Assembly: GCA_051362555.1 (NCBI GenBank)
Contig: CM120643.1
Coordinates: 5,332,001-5,396,000, forward strand
DNA length: 64,000 nucleotides
Source: Lingula anatina
Lineage: Eukaryota; Animalia; Brachiopoda
Direction of reading: 5' to 3'
The notes beneath the pieces were generated by a model. It saw only the letters and a program-made list of their open reading frames with translations. It did no database searches and was not told the DNA's origin. How positions within the stretch are numbered: the stretch's first letter is position 1; each line of letters starts with the position of its first letter. The position numbers were made by a program, and so were the translations under genes. This document shows positions 49,752 through 63,890 of this stretch, piece by piece.

Positions 49752-50091
49752 CACTAGTGGGCTAGATTTGGTCTTAAAGTGCAATTTAAGATCACAAATA
49801 ATCTAACACGGTCTTAATCATTACAGCAGTAGTCTTAAAATGGACTGAATCTGCTTTTAAGATCACAAATGATCTAACATCTACTTAAGTGGTCAAGTAG
49901 TTTCCTCCCCTCACAGTGGGAGATACCTCTCCACACAAAAGAGGGCATCCCTGCTCACAATAGGAGAATGTGTAAGGGGAGACAACTTAATTTGCTATCA
50001 GTGCAGAAATGGTTTTATTCATGGTTTAAGATCACATAAGACTATTTGTGATCTTATATTGCACTTTAAGACCAAATCAAGCCCACTAGTG
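49752..50091. mobile_element. CACTA/EnSpm-type MITE
   Basis: Begins CACTAGTGGG, ends CCCACTAGTG, ~50-bp TIR, 3-bp TSD tca. Confidence 0.85.
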
Positions 50092-50591
50092 TCATTTTGT
50101 CAATTTTGATGCAATAATAAATAATGCTTATAATAGCACTGTCAGTCAACACTGAATTTTAATCATGCACAACAGGTAACATGGTCAATAACAGGAGCAG
50201 ATCCAGAGATATTTTCTGACAGTATTCTTAAGTATCTATGTCGATCCATCCTCCATTTTGATGGTCTTCCAACAGAAAAAAAATAGATACCGGTCAATAT
50301 TAACTTAAAAACCTGACTGTCTTCCGGAAGACCCAGAGGATGGTCTCAATCCACCCCTTCAATAAGATTACAGTTTCAGGACCATGAGTGTTCAAATTCA
50401 CATGATGAAAGTCCCAAAATTTGAAAAATGATGACAATGCATAAAATAATATTACGTAATGTTTAAAGACATAAAAACCAATACAACTGCTTATGTGGAA
50501 ATACAGAAAATGTGCAGAGCCTCAGGCGAATGGGAGTGAAAAGTCACAAATGCCAGTGTTTGAGAAAAAATTAAAAAGGAAAACATAACAA

Positions 50592-50828
50592 AACTAGAAA
50601 AGCACTCCAAGAGTGCAGACCTCTGCCACGGCAGCAATTTTTGATTATAATTTATTATTGATTGATTACTGATCTGGACCACCCCCAAAAACTAATCATC
50701 TCCCCTTTGACCCACTTCTGACAGTTCCTGAAAATTTCACCGAAATCGGTCCATAACTTTTTGAGTTATGTTGATAACAGACAAACAGACAAACAGGGGT
50801 AAAAACATAACCTCCTTGGCGGAGGTAA
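50592..50828 (+). mobile_element. Helentron-associated (HINE/DINE-like) short element
   Basis: Subterminal IR acctctgccacgg/ccttggcggaggt, ACAG/AAAC microsatellite, 3' hairpin acctcc-ttggc-ggaggt; decayed reverse copy ~10505-10660. Confidence 0.7.
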
Positions 50829-52636
50829 ATATAATTCCAATGAAGCTGCTATTCAAACTTTTAATCTTTGAGTTTCATATATGTATATATATTAAAAACT
50901 TATTTGCAATATTAAACGAAATTTACCTGCATAATTATCACTGCTTCCATATTATGGACACTGTAATCTAGCAGAGAGCTTAACCTTTGGGAGGTTACAG
51001 GGAAATATCAACAAGTGTGCTTTATGTAATCTCATTTAATGGCCGATTAATTAGGCAAATGACTTTATAACTCTGTACTTAGCCTAGTGATACCCAAGGG
51101 AAATTTACAGACTGACACTCTCAAAGGTCTTCAGGCCCATAAGTCACACCTTAAGAAAAGCACAAAACAATAATGCACAAAATCAGAGACTACCCATCTG
51201 ATGAAATAATACATTATGTTTAACTGCACAGTCAACATTAAATTTTAATTATGCACAACAGGTAACACCGATGAAAGTAAAAGCATAAGGCTTCAGGCCC
51301 ATCAGAGTTCAAGATTACACTTAGAAAGTGCCAGAATGAGAAAAATGAAAATTTCACAAAAAAATGCATAAATTTAATAAAAACGAAAATCCAACAGAGC
51401 TGGTTTTCTAATATGAGCTGTATGTCAATCCTAAGAAACATTATTGTAAGTTTTCTTTCCATAACGTTAATGGTGGCAGTGCACAAAGTAGGTTTTTTGT
51501 CAATTTTGAAGCAACATTACATAATGATTAACTGTATAAATACCACCAATTTTTAAATATCTACTATTAAAAACATCAAGAAAATTTGATTGCCACTGGG
51601 CTTCATGCCCAAGGGAGCTCTAAATCCCACATTGAAAATTCCAATATGTGAAAGATAAAATTTTTCATAAAAAAACTGTATAACTTCCAGAAAATTAACT
51701 AATGAGACATATTTTCCAACTGAAGCTGTATTTCAGTCCTATGTTTCTTTTCTGTAAGTGTGAGAAGAGTAAGTGACATGGTTTTCCTTTCAAGGTTACT
51801 ATGGAGGCAGTGCCCAAAATAGGGTTTTGTTCAATTTTGATGCCATATTACACAATGCTTAACAGCATAATAACCATCAATTTTTTAATAATAAAAAAGT
51901 ATCATGGATTTTCAAAAAATGCGACTAGCCCATAGAGTTCAGAGTCAAACTTCGAAAATCAGATTTCAGTACAGAGTTACCTAATACAGGGCCCACAAGA
52001 CCCAAATTATGGGGAAAATATTGAAAAATTGAATAATGGGAACAAACCCAGTTTGAACTTGAGCATTATTTTAGAACAATGACCAACCTATGAGTTTGAA
52101 AACAAAATGGCAAGATTCATTTCCAGCTATTGCTGTAAAAATAAATGCTTCCTGCATCAACTAAGGATCTTGCCCTGGTGATGTGGTCAGAAAAAGGTGA
52201 TAGAATTAGGAAAAGAACTCATATGAAAACCAAGATAACTGTCACAGTTGGGCAATCACAATCACTAATTCCAACCTCCAAGTCACAAATGACAGTTATC
52301 ATTTATGAAGCCTGTTTTGCTGCTCTTACATGATGATTCTCTCCTGGAAAACTGAACATGTGTTGTTTTAAAAGACATTTCCCCGCTAGATATTATAAGC
52401 ATTGCTGCTCAATCATTATAGGGTGGTTTGCATGCTATGAGCTTACCTCACTGCTAGAAGATTATCATAATTCTTTAATATCCAAATTTTTATTCCAAAA
52501 GTGCACCTAATAAGGAAATATGGTTCATAAGAGACAGTAATGAAATGTCCTCTCTGAATATCAAATATGAATCAGTTTAAATGAAAAGGTAGGAATAAGC
52601 AGGTAAAAATTCTGAAGCAATCATTACTGTTGGTAC

Positions 52637-52920
52637 CTGTACTTTGCTCTGAGGTTCTCCTTGCATATCTTCTCCCTCTGCCACCACTCGGCCTTCATAA
52701 GGTCCAAAACTGCTACCCTCTGGAAGAGCCATCGCTGTAAGAATGCTCCTTGATCCTCCATTGTCAGCAGAGTCATCAAGGCGAAGGATGTCTGTAGGAA
52801 TGCACAGATTCTCTGACATACTTTCTAAAGTTTTTTCTGGCATCTCATCTTGGGGTTCTACAGCTTCTGCTGACTGTAGTGGGAATGATTTTTCTCCATC
52901 CTCTTCTTCATCTTCCTCTC
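52637..52920 (-). CDS. ZFPM: ZFPM/ush exon (acidic segment + start of PR-like domain); upstream exon(s) not found in window
   Basis: IPTDILRL...LPEGSSFGPYEG is a PR/SET-like FGPY.G motif; starts phase 1, ends phase 0. Confidence 0.8.
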
Positions 52921-53729
52921 CTATATTAAATATAATGATTCAACATGAAAAATGCCGTCAGGCAAGCAGGGTCTAAAAATTTACTAGCCCAAACCAAAAA
53001 GCACTAGCCCAATATAATTATATTAAAATACTAGTAATTAAAAACTATATTTAATTTTTTATTGGCATATTGATTAAAATTACAAGAACAATTTTACAAA
53101 TATAAAAAGTTAATTACTGATACTGTTAACATGTCTAAGAATTGAATCTGAGGAAAACCCATTTATATACAAAAAACAGCATAACTTCAACAAAAATAAA
53201 CTAATCAAGCTAATTTTTTAAACTTGATCTATATATCAGACCTTTGTATCAGTCCTGTAATTTTCAAAGCAAAATATGACATGGTTTTTATTTTATTTAT
53301 AAAACTGTGGATCAGATATGCTTACCCCCCCCCCAAAAAAAAAAAAAACGCATAACTTTCAGAAAAATGGTCCATCAAGCTGATTTTTAAACTTTTATGA
53401 ATTTTCGTAATTTATGAATATTCATCAGTTCTGTAAGTTTGAAAACAACATGTAGGGTTTTATTTTTATAACAGCAGATAAAATATGCTGAAAAAAAAAA
53501 CAGCATAACTTTCAGAAAAATGGTCCAATCTGACTTTCAAACTTGACCTGTATTTTATAAATATTCAGCACTTTTGTATAACACTGAAAGTGCATGGATT
53601 CACTTGAGAAACTTTTGTTCACATTTTTTCCAACCTAAGACATTGGTTAACTGGACTATATGAAGAGATAACAAATAAATTACACTGGCTTCAGAGACAA
53701 CAAACATTGTAGCTTTTTAAAAAATATTC

Positions 53730-54000
53730 TTATATCTGTGATTGTAGACAATTCAGACATCCGCCTTTTCAAAACTTATGTCTAGTCAACTCTTTAGTAT
53801 GGCTGCAAGTCTTGGACTTTGACAGCCAAAACTCAACACAACACTGAATCAGTTGAAATGTGGATCTACCAGCAAATGCTCCAAATCTGCCACATTGTTC
53901 AAAAAAATATCTCCTCAATATTGTTAGAGATAGGCAACTCAAGTTCTTGGACCATTCCATCAGAAAAAAGGGATTGGAGAATCTTAGCCTTAGTGGTAGT
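53730..54000 (+). mobile_element. Decayed RTE-clade LINE fragment (C-terminal to RT)
   Basis: IRLFKTYV*STL*YGCKSWTLT...VEMWIYQQML, then in a shifted frame LLNIVRDRQLKFL..SIRKKGLENL. Confidence 0.7.
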
Positions 54001-54192
54001 TATTTATAGTACCTAATCAATATTCATTAGTTAGTGAGACTGTATAAGCTACAGTGTGGGTTTTTTTTCAGCTGAGACACACCTACAACCTGGGTAGTCA
54101 AATTAAAGAGGGGGACAAAAAGACTGGTGACTGATATTTTTGACATTTTGCTGATTGTTTAAATAGGCTGTTGCTTTATAAAAATTTAATTT

Positions 54193-54592
54193 TTTTACTA
54201 GCCTGGTGTCATTTCAAGGCCCACTGGGCAATTGCCTTGGCCTAGTGTTTAATGTTGCAGGCTGCTGTATAACAACCATAAGTTATCTCATTCCCAAGTT
54301 ATTTGCCAACAGCAGCACCAACGCAACTGAGACAATTCAGATATCCACAAGGCTTCTCAGAAAAAAAATCTGCCATTTCTCATGATATAAAATTAAACTA
54401 TTTTACTAGCCTGATGTCACTTTAGGGCCCAGAGCAATTGCCTCAGCCTAGTGCTTAACGCCGCAGGCTAGTGTAACAACCAAAAGTTATTTCATTCCCA
54501 ACTAATCTGCCAACAGCAGCAACAATGCAACTGAGACAATTCAGATATCCACAAGGCTCCTCAGAAAAAAATCTGCCATTTTTCATGACATA
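54193..54592. repeat. ~200-bp tandem duplication (two diverged copies)
   Basis: ttttactagcctg...tctgccattt(c/t)tcatga present twice. Confidence 0.85.
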
Positions 54593-57418
54593 TCGCTGAA
54601 GGTCATCTATGGAGCCAAATACTCATTTAGACAAAAACAATTTTCCACTGCTTGATGAATGGGGGAGCTACTTCAACTACAATTGACTTCTGCCTGGACT
54701 TATAACATGTAAATTATGACCTGTCCATCAGGCCTCACATCAACATCTGTCAGCTTTATCAGCCAACTTCTGCCTGATGATCACAAGAGTATCAGTCTTC
54801 AATTCTTCATGCAAAAATGCAAGATCTATTGAGCCACAAAGGGGTTGGGAAAAATGAAGATACATAAGCCCCAGACATCAAAAGCAAATTTATTTGATCC
54901 ATACCCACACTGGAATGGCAAAGCGAATGTATCAACACAGAAAAGGTTAATTCTGACTTACTGACTCGGTCCTGATAAGCACAAATTTGTAATTTGATGC
55001 AGAAAGATGCACCAGACATTTTCTTTCTTGACTTGTCAATTGATTGTATCAGACGAAAGAATTTAGTCATCTGAGAAATTCAGAAATTTAAGCTACATGA
55101 AATGATATTAAATTACATGGCCCTTGGCCAAAAAGAAACATGTGATTTCATATGACTGGGGAAGATGCACCCTTGCTAGATTTCAACTTATTGTTCCTTT
55201 GTACTTAAACTTCAGAATGTCAAAACCCTAAGTATCAAGTCAAAACTAAACAGATATTCTGACAAAACAATATATGGCTTAAATCTCCAAGATTACCATT
55301 TCAACTCGAAATAAAGCACAAACCATCTTTTCATTGTGCACAACACATATGGTATACAGCCAACAAATTGCTACATAAAGAGTTTAAATGCATATGTAAA
55401 GTAATAAAAAAGACAGCCAAGCTGTCAGATGTACAGACTAAAAGCAAAAAATAATGATGTACAAAATAGATTTTTTGCAATAAGGGGGACTGAATCTGAC
55501 AAACTGTACAGATATATGCACTTGTTTCCATTTCTGACAATTTTTATTACACAATACATAATAACAGATGAATTGTCATATTTATATAAACAAGTAACAT
55601 AATTGTTAAGATGCAGTGAAGTCTTTTAAATATGTCATTAGTTCAATAATGAGACTGTTAACATGCCTAAGAATATGAGGAAAGGTGGTTATATACAAAA
55701 AAAAAAAAAAAAAAAACAGCATACCTTCAACAGAAATGAACTGATGAAGGTGATTTTTGAAACTGATCTGTATATTATGCCTATCAATCAGTCTTTTAAG
55801 TTTCAAAGCAAAATATGACAATTTACAATATATTTGTATAATGGTGGATGGAGTGTGCTGAAGAAAGAGCAAAATTACTGTAGGTGTTACCTATAATGTA
55901 ATTGATTTCATTATGCTTTGTTGGACTGTTGAAAATTACACCATTTTCCACAGCACCAGTGATGAGTAAACTTGAAGAAGAAGTACAATTTGAATCACTG
56001 CACTTATGCCAAAGCCAGGAGGACATTTAAGTTCATACTGAGCCAACTTAATTAATTTTAAGAGTAGTCAACCTATCTAATTTTCTTCTATAGTAACATA
56101 TAACTGTAGCCTTATTGCACTGCTTTCTCCTTACCCTATGGTACTGGCTGGATTAATCTAAAATAAAGCAGACTGAAGTACTAAAGGGTATTCATAAACT
56201 GTACTCAACCTTTCTGAATACAGTGCGGAGCTCATAACAATTACATGCAATGAAAAACGGTAAATATCAAAAGGCAGTTGTACTTACCTCATCAACTTCA
56301 TATCCCCTTAATGAGCATCCTCATTTTGATGTTAAAAAGCACCATTACAAATTTAAACTTTTTCAATCTTCCAGAAAAAGAAACCAAACTAGTTGGTTTT
56401 CTAACTAAACCTGTATTTTAGTCCTATGCTTCTTTTCTGTAAGTTTGAAACTTATTATTGACATGTTTTTCCTTAAATGGTCAATATGGTGACAATGCCC
56501 AAATAGTTTTCATCAAATTTGAAACAATATTGCATTATACTTAAAAGCATAATCACCACCAATTTTAAATAATATAATAAAATTCTCATGGATATTTAGA
56601 AAATGTGACTTACAAAGGTCTTCAAGCCCATGAAAGTTCAAAGTCACATTCTGAGAATGGCAAAATGTGAAAAATTAACATTTCATATAATACTGTATAA
56701 CTTCAAAAAAAAAACAAACCAATCAGGCTGGTTTTCAAACTCAACTTGACCTGTATTTTAGTAATACTGATCACTCCTTTAAGTTTAAAGACAATAGGTC
56801 AACAAGATTTCCACTTATATGTGTTATCTGTATTGCATATATATATGTGATGAAAAAAAGGAAACAACAGCATAACTTTTGTAAAAATGGTCTAATAAAG
56901 CTGATTTTTAAATTTGACCAGTATTTTAGTAAGAGTGATCACTCCTGTGAGTTTCAAGACAATAGGCCTATCAGTGTTCCATGAAATGTATTACCAGTAT
57001 TGCATATATGCTGAAAAAAGCATAAAAAAGCATAACTTTTGATGGCAGATCATGCTGATTTTCTAACTCAACCTCTAAGTTATGAGTATTTATCAGTTCC
57101 ATAAGTTTGAAGGTGAGAGGTAAAACAGTTTTCCAATTATTGTATTATTACTGAAAGTGCACAGCAACAGCGACAGTGACAAAAGACACAGGTGACGGCT
57201 ATATGTACAAACACATCTGTGTCTGTACATAAAAAGTGTTTAAAATTATAACTACTAGTTTGCTGCATCTAATTTGCCAAATGAGAACTAAAGAGAACCC
57301 CTCTATAAAACAATGACTTTCAAATCTGCTTGCTTGTACAATGTCCTATAATCCAAACAAGATATTAAGATTTTTCCTATGTTTCTTATTCTTATATCCA
57401 AATATGCTATTCCCCCCC

Positions 57419-57449
<31 letters not shown>

Positions 57450-60400
57450 CTCCACCACCCTGCTACTCCATCTTTGCACCCAAACAGAGTGTAGAAAATT
57501 CCACTCCTAGTTGTGCTCAGGCCTTGGTAGATAGCAGTAAGGAATCAATAGCCCACGTTATCAGCGTTTTTATCAGCTCACAACCATATTGTATGCTATC
57601 ACATAGACAGATGCATGGATGCTACCAACTGATAAATCTACCGCTCCCATCCATCTTTATGTGTGTGTGTGTGTGTGTGTGTGTTTCTGTGTGTGACTGA
57701 TCAAGTAAGTTGGGTTGTTTTTTAACTGCCTGCAAACACCTTTTAAAGACCTCTTGCAAAATAAATAAATTAATTAATAAAAATAAAAAATAATAAAGAG
57801 GGCTATGCAGAAGGCAGACTATCTTCATTTGGGCACCTGGTCAGCAGCATACAATCATTCTGGCAACAGTTTACTTGTTTATGACTGCAAGATATGTAAG
57901 AAAACAGGAAAGATAAGCAGGTGGAAAGAGACACGATGCAGGAAAGCTGTAATACGGACAGATATACAAATGGCAAAAGTGACAATTTAAATCATCTTAA
58001 AATGAGCCAGCAATTTAATACGTCAAGGAACAGTACAGTATAGTACGGTACAGTACAGTACAGTATATACCTTAAAGAGTATAATCACTACCAGTTATAA
58101 ATATGTAATGCTGTTACTGTGAACATAAGAAGAATGTAACTGGCAAAGGGCTTCACACTTGGAAAATGACAATTTGTTAAGAAAGAAATGTACACATAAG
58201 ATTTCTTAAATTTTAAGAAAATCAATCCAATCAGGCTGGCTTTTGGAATAAAGCACTATAAATTATTCCTGTGAATTTGAGGATAATTAACATTGTTTAA
58301 TTTAAATGTGTTTCTGCTGGCTGGTTTTCAAACTCAAGTTGTATTTTAATCCTATGTTTCTTTGCTGAAAATTTAGAAAAATAAAAAATTTTCAAACTCT
58401 ACCTGTATTTCAGTAAGATTGATCACTCCTATGAATTTCAAGACAATAGGCCCATCAGTTTTCCTTGAAATGCGTTATCAGTATTGCATATATGCTGAAC
58501 AAAGGCCAAAAACATCATTACTTTTGCAATAATGTCCTGATCATGATTTTCAACTGTTAGTTTGAAGACTTAAGGTAAAATGGCTTTCCATATATTGTGT
58601 TGTCATCAAAAGTGTGAAGCATAGGCGACAATGACACTGATGACAGTTATAGATGGAAATTTTCTAGTCACTTAATCTTCAAACTTGTGTGAGATAGTAT
58701 AATTTTTAGAAAAACTACCAAACTTGTTTTATTAAGTACTCTAAATTCTGTGCAACAATATCTTTTGGGAAAAAAATTTGCCAAATGCCAGATTTATCAA
58801 TTAGTTCTCAACTAACTCACATTTACAGGGGAGTATCCAGCTAAAAGATTTCTGAAACAATACACCACTGCTCCATCAGCCATTAAAATCTGAACTTAAA
58901 AGCATCAAGAGAAAACCACTGAAAACAACTTTTGTGATAAATGAAACACTCAAGATAAATGAAGCCTAAAACTGTTTGAGCACATCTGTTGGTCCCTTGG
59001 ACAATTCTTGTCAAAGATGGGGGCAGGTTGAAAACTTCAGATAAGATTGTACTGCCGACTCTTGAGAAGGTTTCCTTATCTCTTCTTTGCAGCACATGTT
59101 AAATTTCAAATGGAAAAAGGTTACCAAAACCCTATGGGTGAAATTGGCTAAAATGTTTTCTGGAAAATCATTTACGATAAGAAAATGCCTTTCTCTCACA
59201 TGGCCCTCAAGTTATGTCTGGAGAGATAAGGATGAATTTTGGCTTGAAAAATGTCAAGTAGGAATTGAAGAGCAAAATTAGTTATTGTTTTCTGTCAATT
59301 TAGCATCATGATGATGTATCAGGTTTACTAAATACACGCTTCGTTTCATTCCTGAACTTAAATTTACAAAACGTACTAGTAAGTGTATTCACGAGTAGTA
59401 AAATAATTTCAAATTAAAGTGTCTTATCAAAGTTCATTTTACGTATTTCTTATCATAAATAAGCAAAAGTTACTTCACCTGACCTATGGTGCATAACCAT
59501 TATTACCAACTACAAAATTTCCATTTATAAGAGTATAACAATAATCAACAAGTGCATACAATAAAAACAAGCATTATTTTAAGTCTTTATTATTCAGGTC
59601 TAGGGAGATGAGGCTTTAGTGTCATCCAAGTTAAGGGCAATGAGAACTGAACACTTCAACAGTAAATGTCAAAGGAGAATGTCACTCTAAGGAGTGTTTT
59701 GGGACAATTTCTTCTTTTGTTATGATAGCTTTATCCCTGCCTGCAAAACAAAAAGATAGCAAGTAGCACAATTTTGTCCATACATTCAGCTCAATCCTCA
59801 ATTCCAAAAGAAAGAAAAAAATTAAATAGTTCATTTTCCAAATTTAAAACTTATTTCAACCTAACCATTTTCAAGTTTAAAAACTTAAATTCAATTAAGT
59901 TTTTTCACCCACCACATTTACTAGTGTAGACAAATTATGTAGACAAATAATGAACAAAATTAGTCTCAATTCTACCACATTCTTCCCATGTATCCCCTGG
60001 CAACACATGGTAAGCTCACACAAACCATCATTGACAGCAGATAAGACTGTCAATTCTATCTTTTGTTTAGCAGTCTAGCTAATCTGAATTTAATATCACC
60101 TCTTTGTTTGTGTAGGGTTAAGTGGTAAATTGCATTTTTGGTATTTTCCATTTTTTACAAAACCAGAGATGAATTAAACAAGGCAGTCAAGCTGTCAGAT
60201 AGGCAGACATATGTCATATATGGATAAAAGCAGTATAACTAAAAGGAAGAACAACTATTTTAATGACAAAAGAGCAAAAAAAACTTTTTTCTTAGTTGTG
60301 ATGAAAGTGGATTTTACATGAAGGTAATTCTGGGTTATTTGTCTGATGTTATACTGGTCACTTGGCTAGGAATATTCTCATCTGGCTAATTTTTTTTAAC

Positions 60401-62969
60401 TTACTAAACAAAATCATAGCACACTCCAGTTAAAACAACACTGCTTAATTACACCCTTAATATTATTTCACTTTGCAATTTTAATTATCAAAACAATTCA
60501 TAAAAGCTATTTACAAAAGACACGAGGATATATAAAAACATTTATGTCTCCCTAAAACAGGCTATATTTTCATGGTTTTGCTTCACAAAACACAGTCAAG
60601 TGCATTTATGCACATCATTACATTTATTAATATAAACAAGTATTCTAAGTTTCACCACTATCATAGGTATTAATGGAAAAAAACTTCAAATATAAGCCAA
60701 GGAAACAGATAAGCAATGCAGACACCCTGATGGCTATCATGGGGTTATCATCTAAAACCCCTGCGAGAGGGGTGTAGGGTGTCTTTTCTCTCTAATTAAA
60801 TTCTGAATATCTGCCGTCTCCTTCCCTTGAGGTGATCAGCAGTTTGATAACACTTGTTTCATCACCCCTGTAATTGAATTTTACAAATAATCTCAACAAA
60901 CGTCAAAAAGGTGCAAATTCACTTGTCATACAACAATCAAGTGATACATTTTTTTACTTTTGTTCTTTTTTAAGATAATTATAACAAAGAAGTGTTTTAT
61001 TTTATTTTTTTGTGTGTTCTATTGCTTAATTTGACTATTTGGGTCATTAGGAATTCATAGGAGAACATGGGGGCAGGATAATGGAGTTCAAATGATAATG
61101 GATAGATCAACCACTAACTATCATATATTATACACCTTCAAGGCCTTCTACTACTTACACTTCAGGACCAGGAACTTGCATACATAACATTTATACACTT
61201 TACAGGGCAAATGTAATATAATGAGAGGTACAGCAAGTTTTCTTATAATTTTGATGAGAGATCACAGTTAAATTCAAAATCACTACAAGACAAACTTCCA
61301 TCTTGTTCCTCTTGATTGTATCATTGATTTATCTCGTCTTGTCATCTTTGGTGCTAGTAAAGACCTGCCATTTCCTTGCCAATTCCGTCTCCAGTTAATC
61401 TGTTTAATCTGGACCTATGTTCCTTGCATGGAAAAAATAACATCTTGGCAGGAGCAGGATCTTATCACATCTTATCAAAACTCACTGGCGCCTTTTTCAT
61501 AAATTCTAAGGCGATAAAATGAAATATAATGTTATCGCAACCTTTAAGTTCTAATTTAAAAGAAAGCATGTGGATTTTTTGCTACTTATCAACAAGTATG
61601 ATTAGAATACTGAAATTAATAAATTCTGATTCAAAAGAGATTATGAGGGGATTTGAATAAAGTTTAGAGGAGTTGCCTTGCACTACTTGTAGCAGTAGTC
61701 ACCATCAAATAAAATCTCTCACATTTCTGCCAACAACAATTGAATGTGTTTTTGCTGTCAATAGATAACAGCAGAATAGCATGTTGTGGGTGGCATCAAC
61801 ACAAGCTTGTCAATGTTTGTCCCAGTCTTAAACACAAGTCCATGTTGTATGTAATAATAGTGCACACTACATTTGTTTTATTAAAATAAACAGGACATCT
61901 AACAAGACAGTGAAGCTGTCAAATGTAAAGACAAAAAGCAGAAAATAATGATGCACGAAATAGGTTATTTTGTAAATTTTGATGCAATGCAGTACATAAT
62001 TTGTAAAAACAAAATCAACACCAATTTTTAATTATGCACAACAGGTAACAAAGAAATTAAGAATATGTAACTAAGGTTTAAGTCCTATGAGAGTTCAAGT
62101 TCATACTTTGAAAATGCCAGAATGATAAAAATTACAATTTTACAAAAAACATTGCATAACAAAAATAATTAATCCAATCAACCTGGTTTTCCAATTATAA
62201 CTGAATGTCAATCTTAAGAATCATTCTTGAAAGTTACAAAATAATAAGTAACAAAAAAACAGTTTTATCCTAGAATAAGTTGCCATAGCATCAATAATTA
62301 CTTGGGTTTCCATCACTTTTTGAGTGATAACTTCAAAAATGTAAAAACAAAATTAAAAAAATCAGTTTCATGCTAAAACTAATCACCATAGCAACAAACT
62401 ATGCATGAGTACCTTACACTTTGAAAGCACTCCATCTGTGAAGAAAATTCAAAACAATATAAAAAGATATTTGAATTTCCCCTTGGGTTCTATAGTAATT
62501 GAATCCAAAATTCAAAACCACTATACATCAAAACTAACATGGGTGCTTTTCATTTTTTCAATCTTAATATGGATGCAATAGTGTCAACTATGCATGTAAA
62601 GATTTAAGAAAAACCTGTCAGAAAGAAATATCGTAAGGACATTACCTAAATCAATATCACAAAAAGAATCTACTAATTAAATGCAGAGATATAAACTGTC
62701 AGCAAAAAGAGTGCCTCTGGATGCAATACCATATCAGTTATCATTTCTACCCTAGTTGACTTATGATATTTTACCTTTCCCAACAAAATTCATTGTTATT
62801 GACTGCTGGTCAAGGTATCATACCTCCTATTGCCATTAATTAACCAGATCCATTTAGAACACATTTCCTATAGGTTCATGGCAAAAAAGGACATGAAAAA
62901 AATGAATGTAAAGAAATCCATTAGTGGCTTTCAGATTTCCACAATCTACTCAATAGCAACATTCTATAG

Positions 62970-63890
62970 GAAAAGATAGCGAGTGACTGAAAAAGTTCAT
63001 CACAGTCTTTGTGATGGCATGATAGCTCACAAAATATAATAAAGCCATTTGTTTGTCAGACAGAATAGTTTATCAGAACCTCCACAGAATGTTGTCTAAG
63101 TTAAAAAGGTTGAAATGCCCATCTATCTGTCAGTATCTGGCACAGCCACTGGGTCTTCCAGTTGATGTTGAAGTATTGATCTTATAGAAGTTGTGATCAA
63201 AAAGCCTTATCTCCTTTACTCCAGCTTGCAGTTCAGCCTGGTATAATTACTCTTGGCAGCAACTGTTGATAAGGAGTAGGCCTTATCTCCAACTAGCATC
63301 AGTTATATCATAGGCACCCATCTCCCTTCTAATGGATTAATACAACCATAATCTATCATTTCAGAGAGGTATTAATCTTCCCATCGGTAAATGTATAAAG
63401 AAGGCAGTGTATGACTGATTTTATCACACATTAGGCTTTGGACGTGGCCCTTCTGGTGCTGAGAGATAAGACTTGTATACCCACACGCCCAAAAAAGCAA
63501 TTACAGATCACATAGCTCTGTCAAATGCCAAAGCCTTTTTGCTGATACAGCTTGTGAAATGATCCAGAATAATAAAGTTTCAGCTTGTAGATTCATTTGG
63601 ACCATGCTGCTATTCTTTACCATATGTGCTGATGGGGAAAGGTGATAAGAAGTACATATGATACTTTAGATTTTATCTTTTCGTTTCTGTCAGCCTTTCA
63701 TTAGAACTTGCAATGCAGCCAAGTCTCTGATCTTTATCTCAGAGCTGGCCCACACAATAGATTAGAGTTACGACGCTTCTTAACAGGAAGAATCCAAAAG
63801 AAGATTGTTGGACCGCATACAATCCCTTCTTTATAAATCTAAGCAGAAGAATGTAACCTGATGATGAAGACTGGAGATCATTTATCAGTC
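62970..63890. promoter_or_regulatory. Candidate GATA-dependent enhancer in ZFPM 5' intron
   Basis: About 14 WGATAR motifs in ~920 bp by hand count. Confidence 0.55.
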
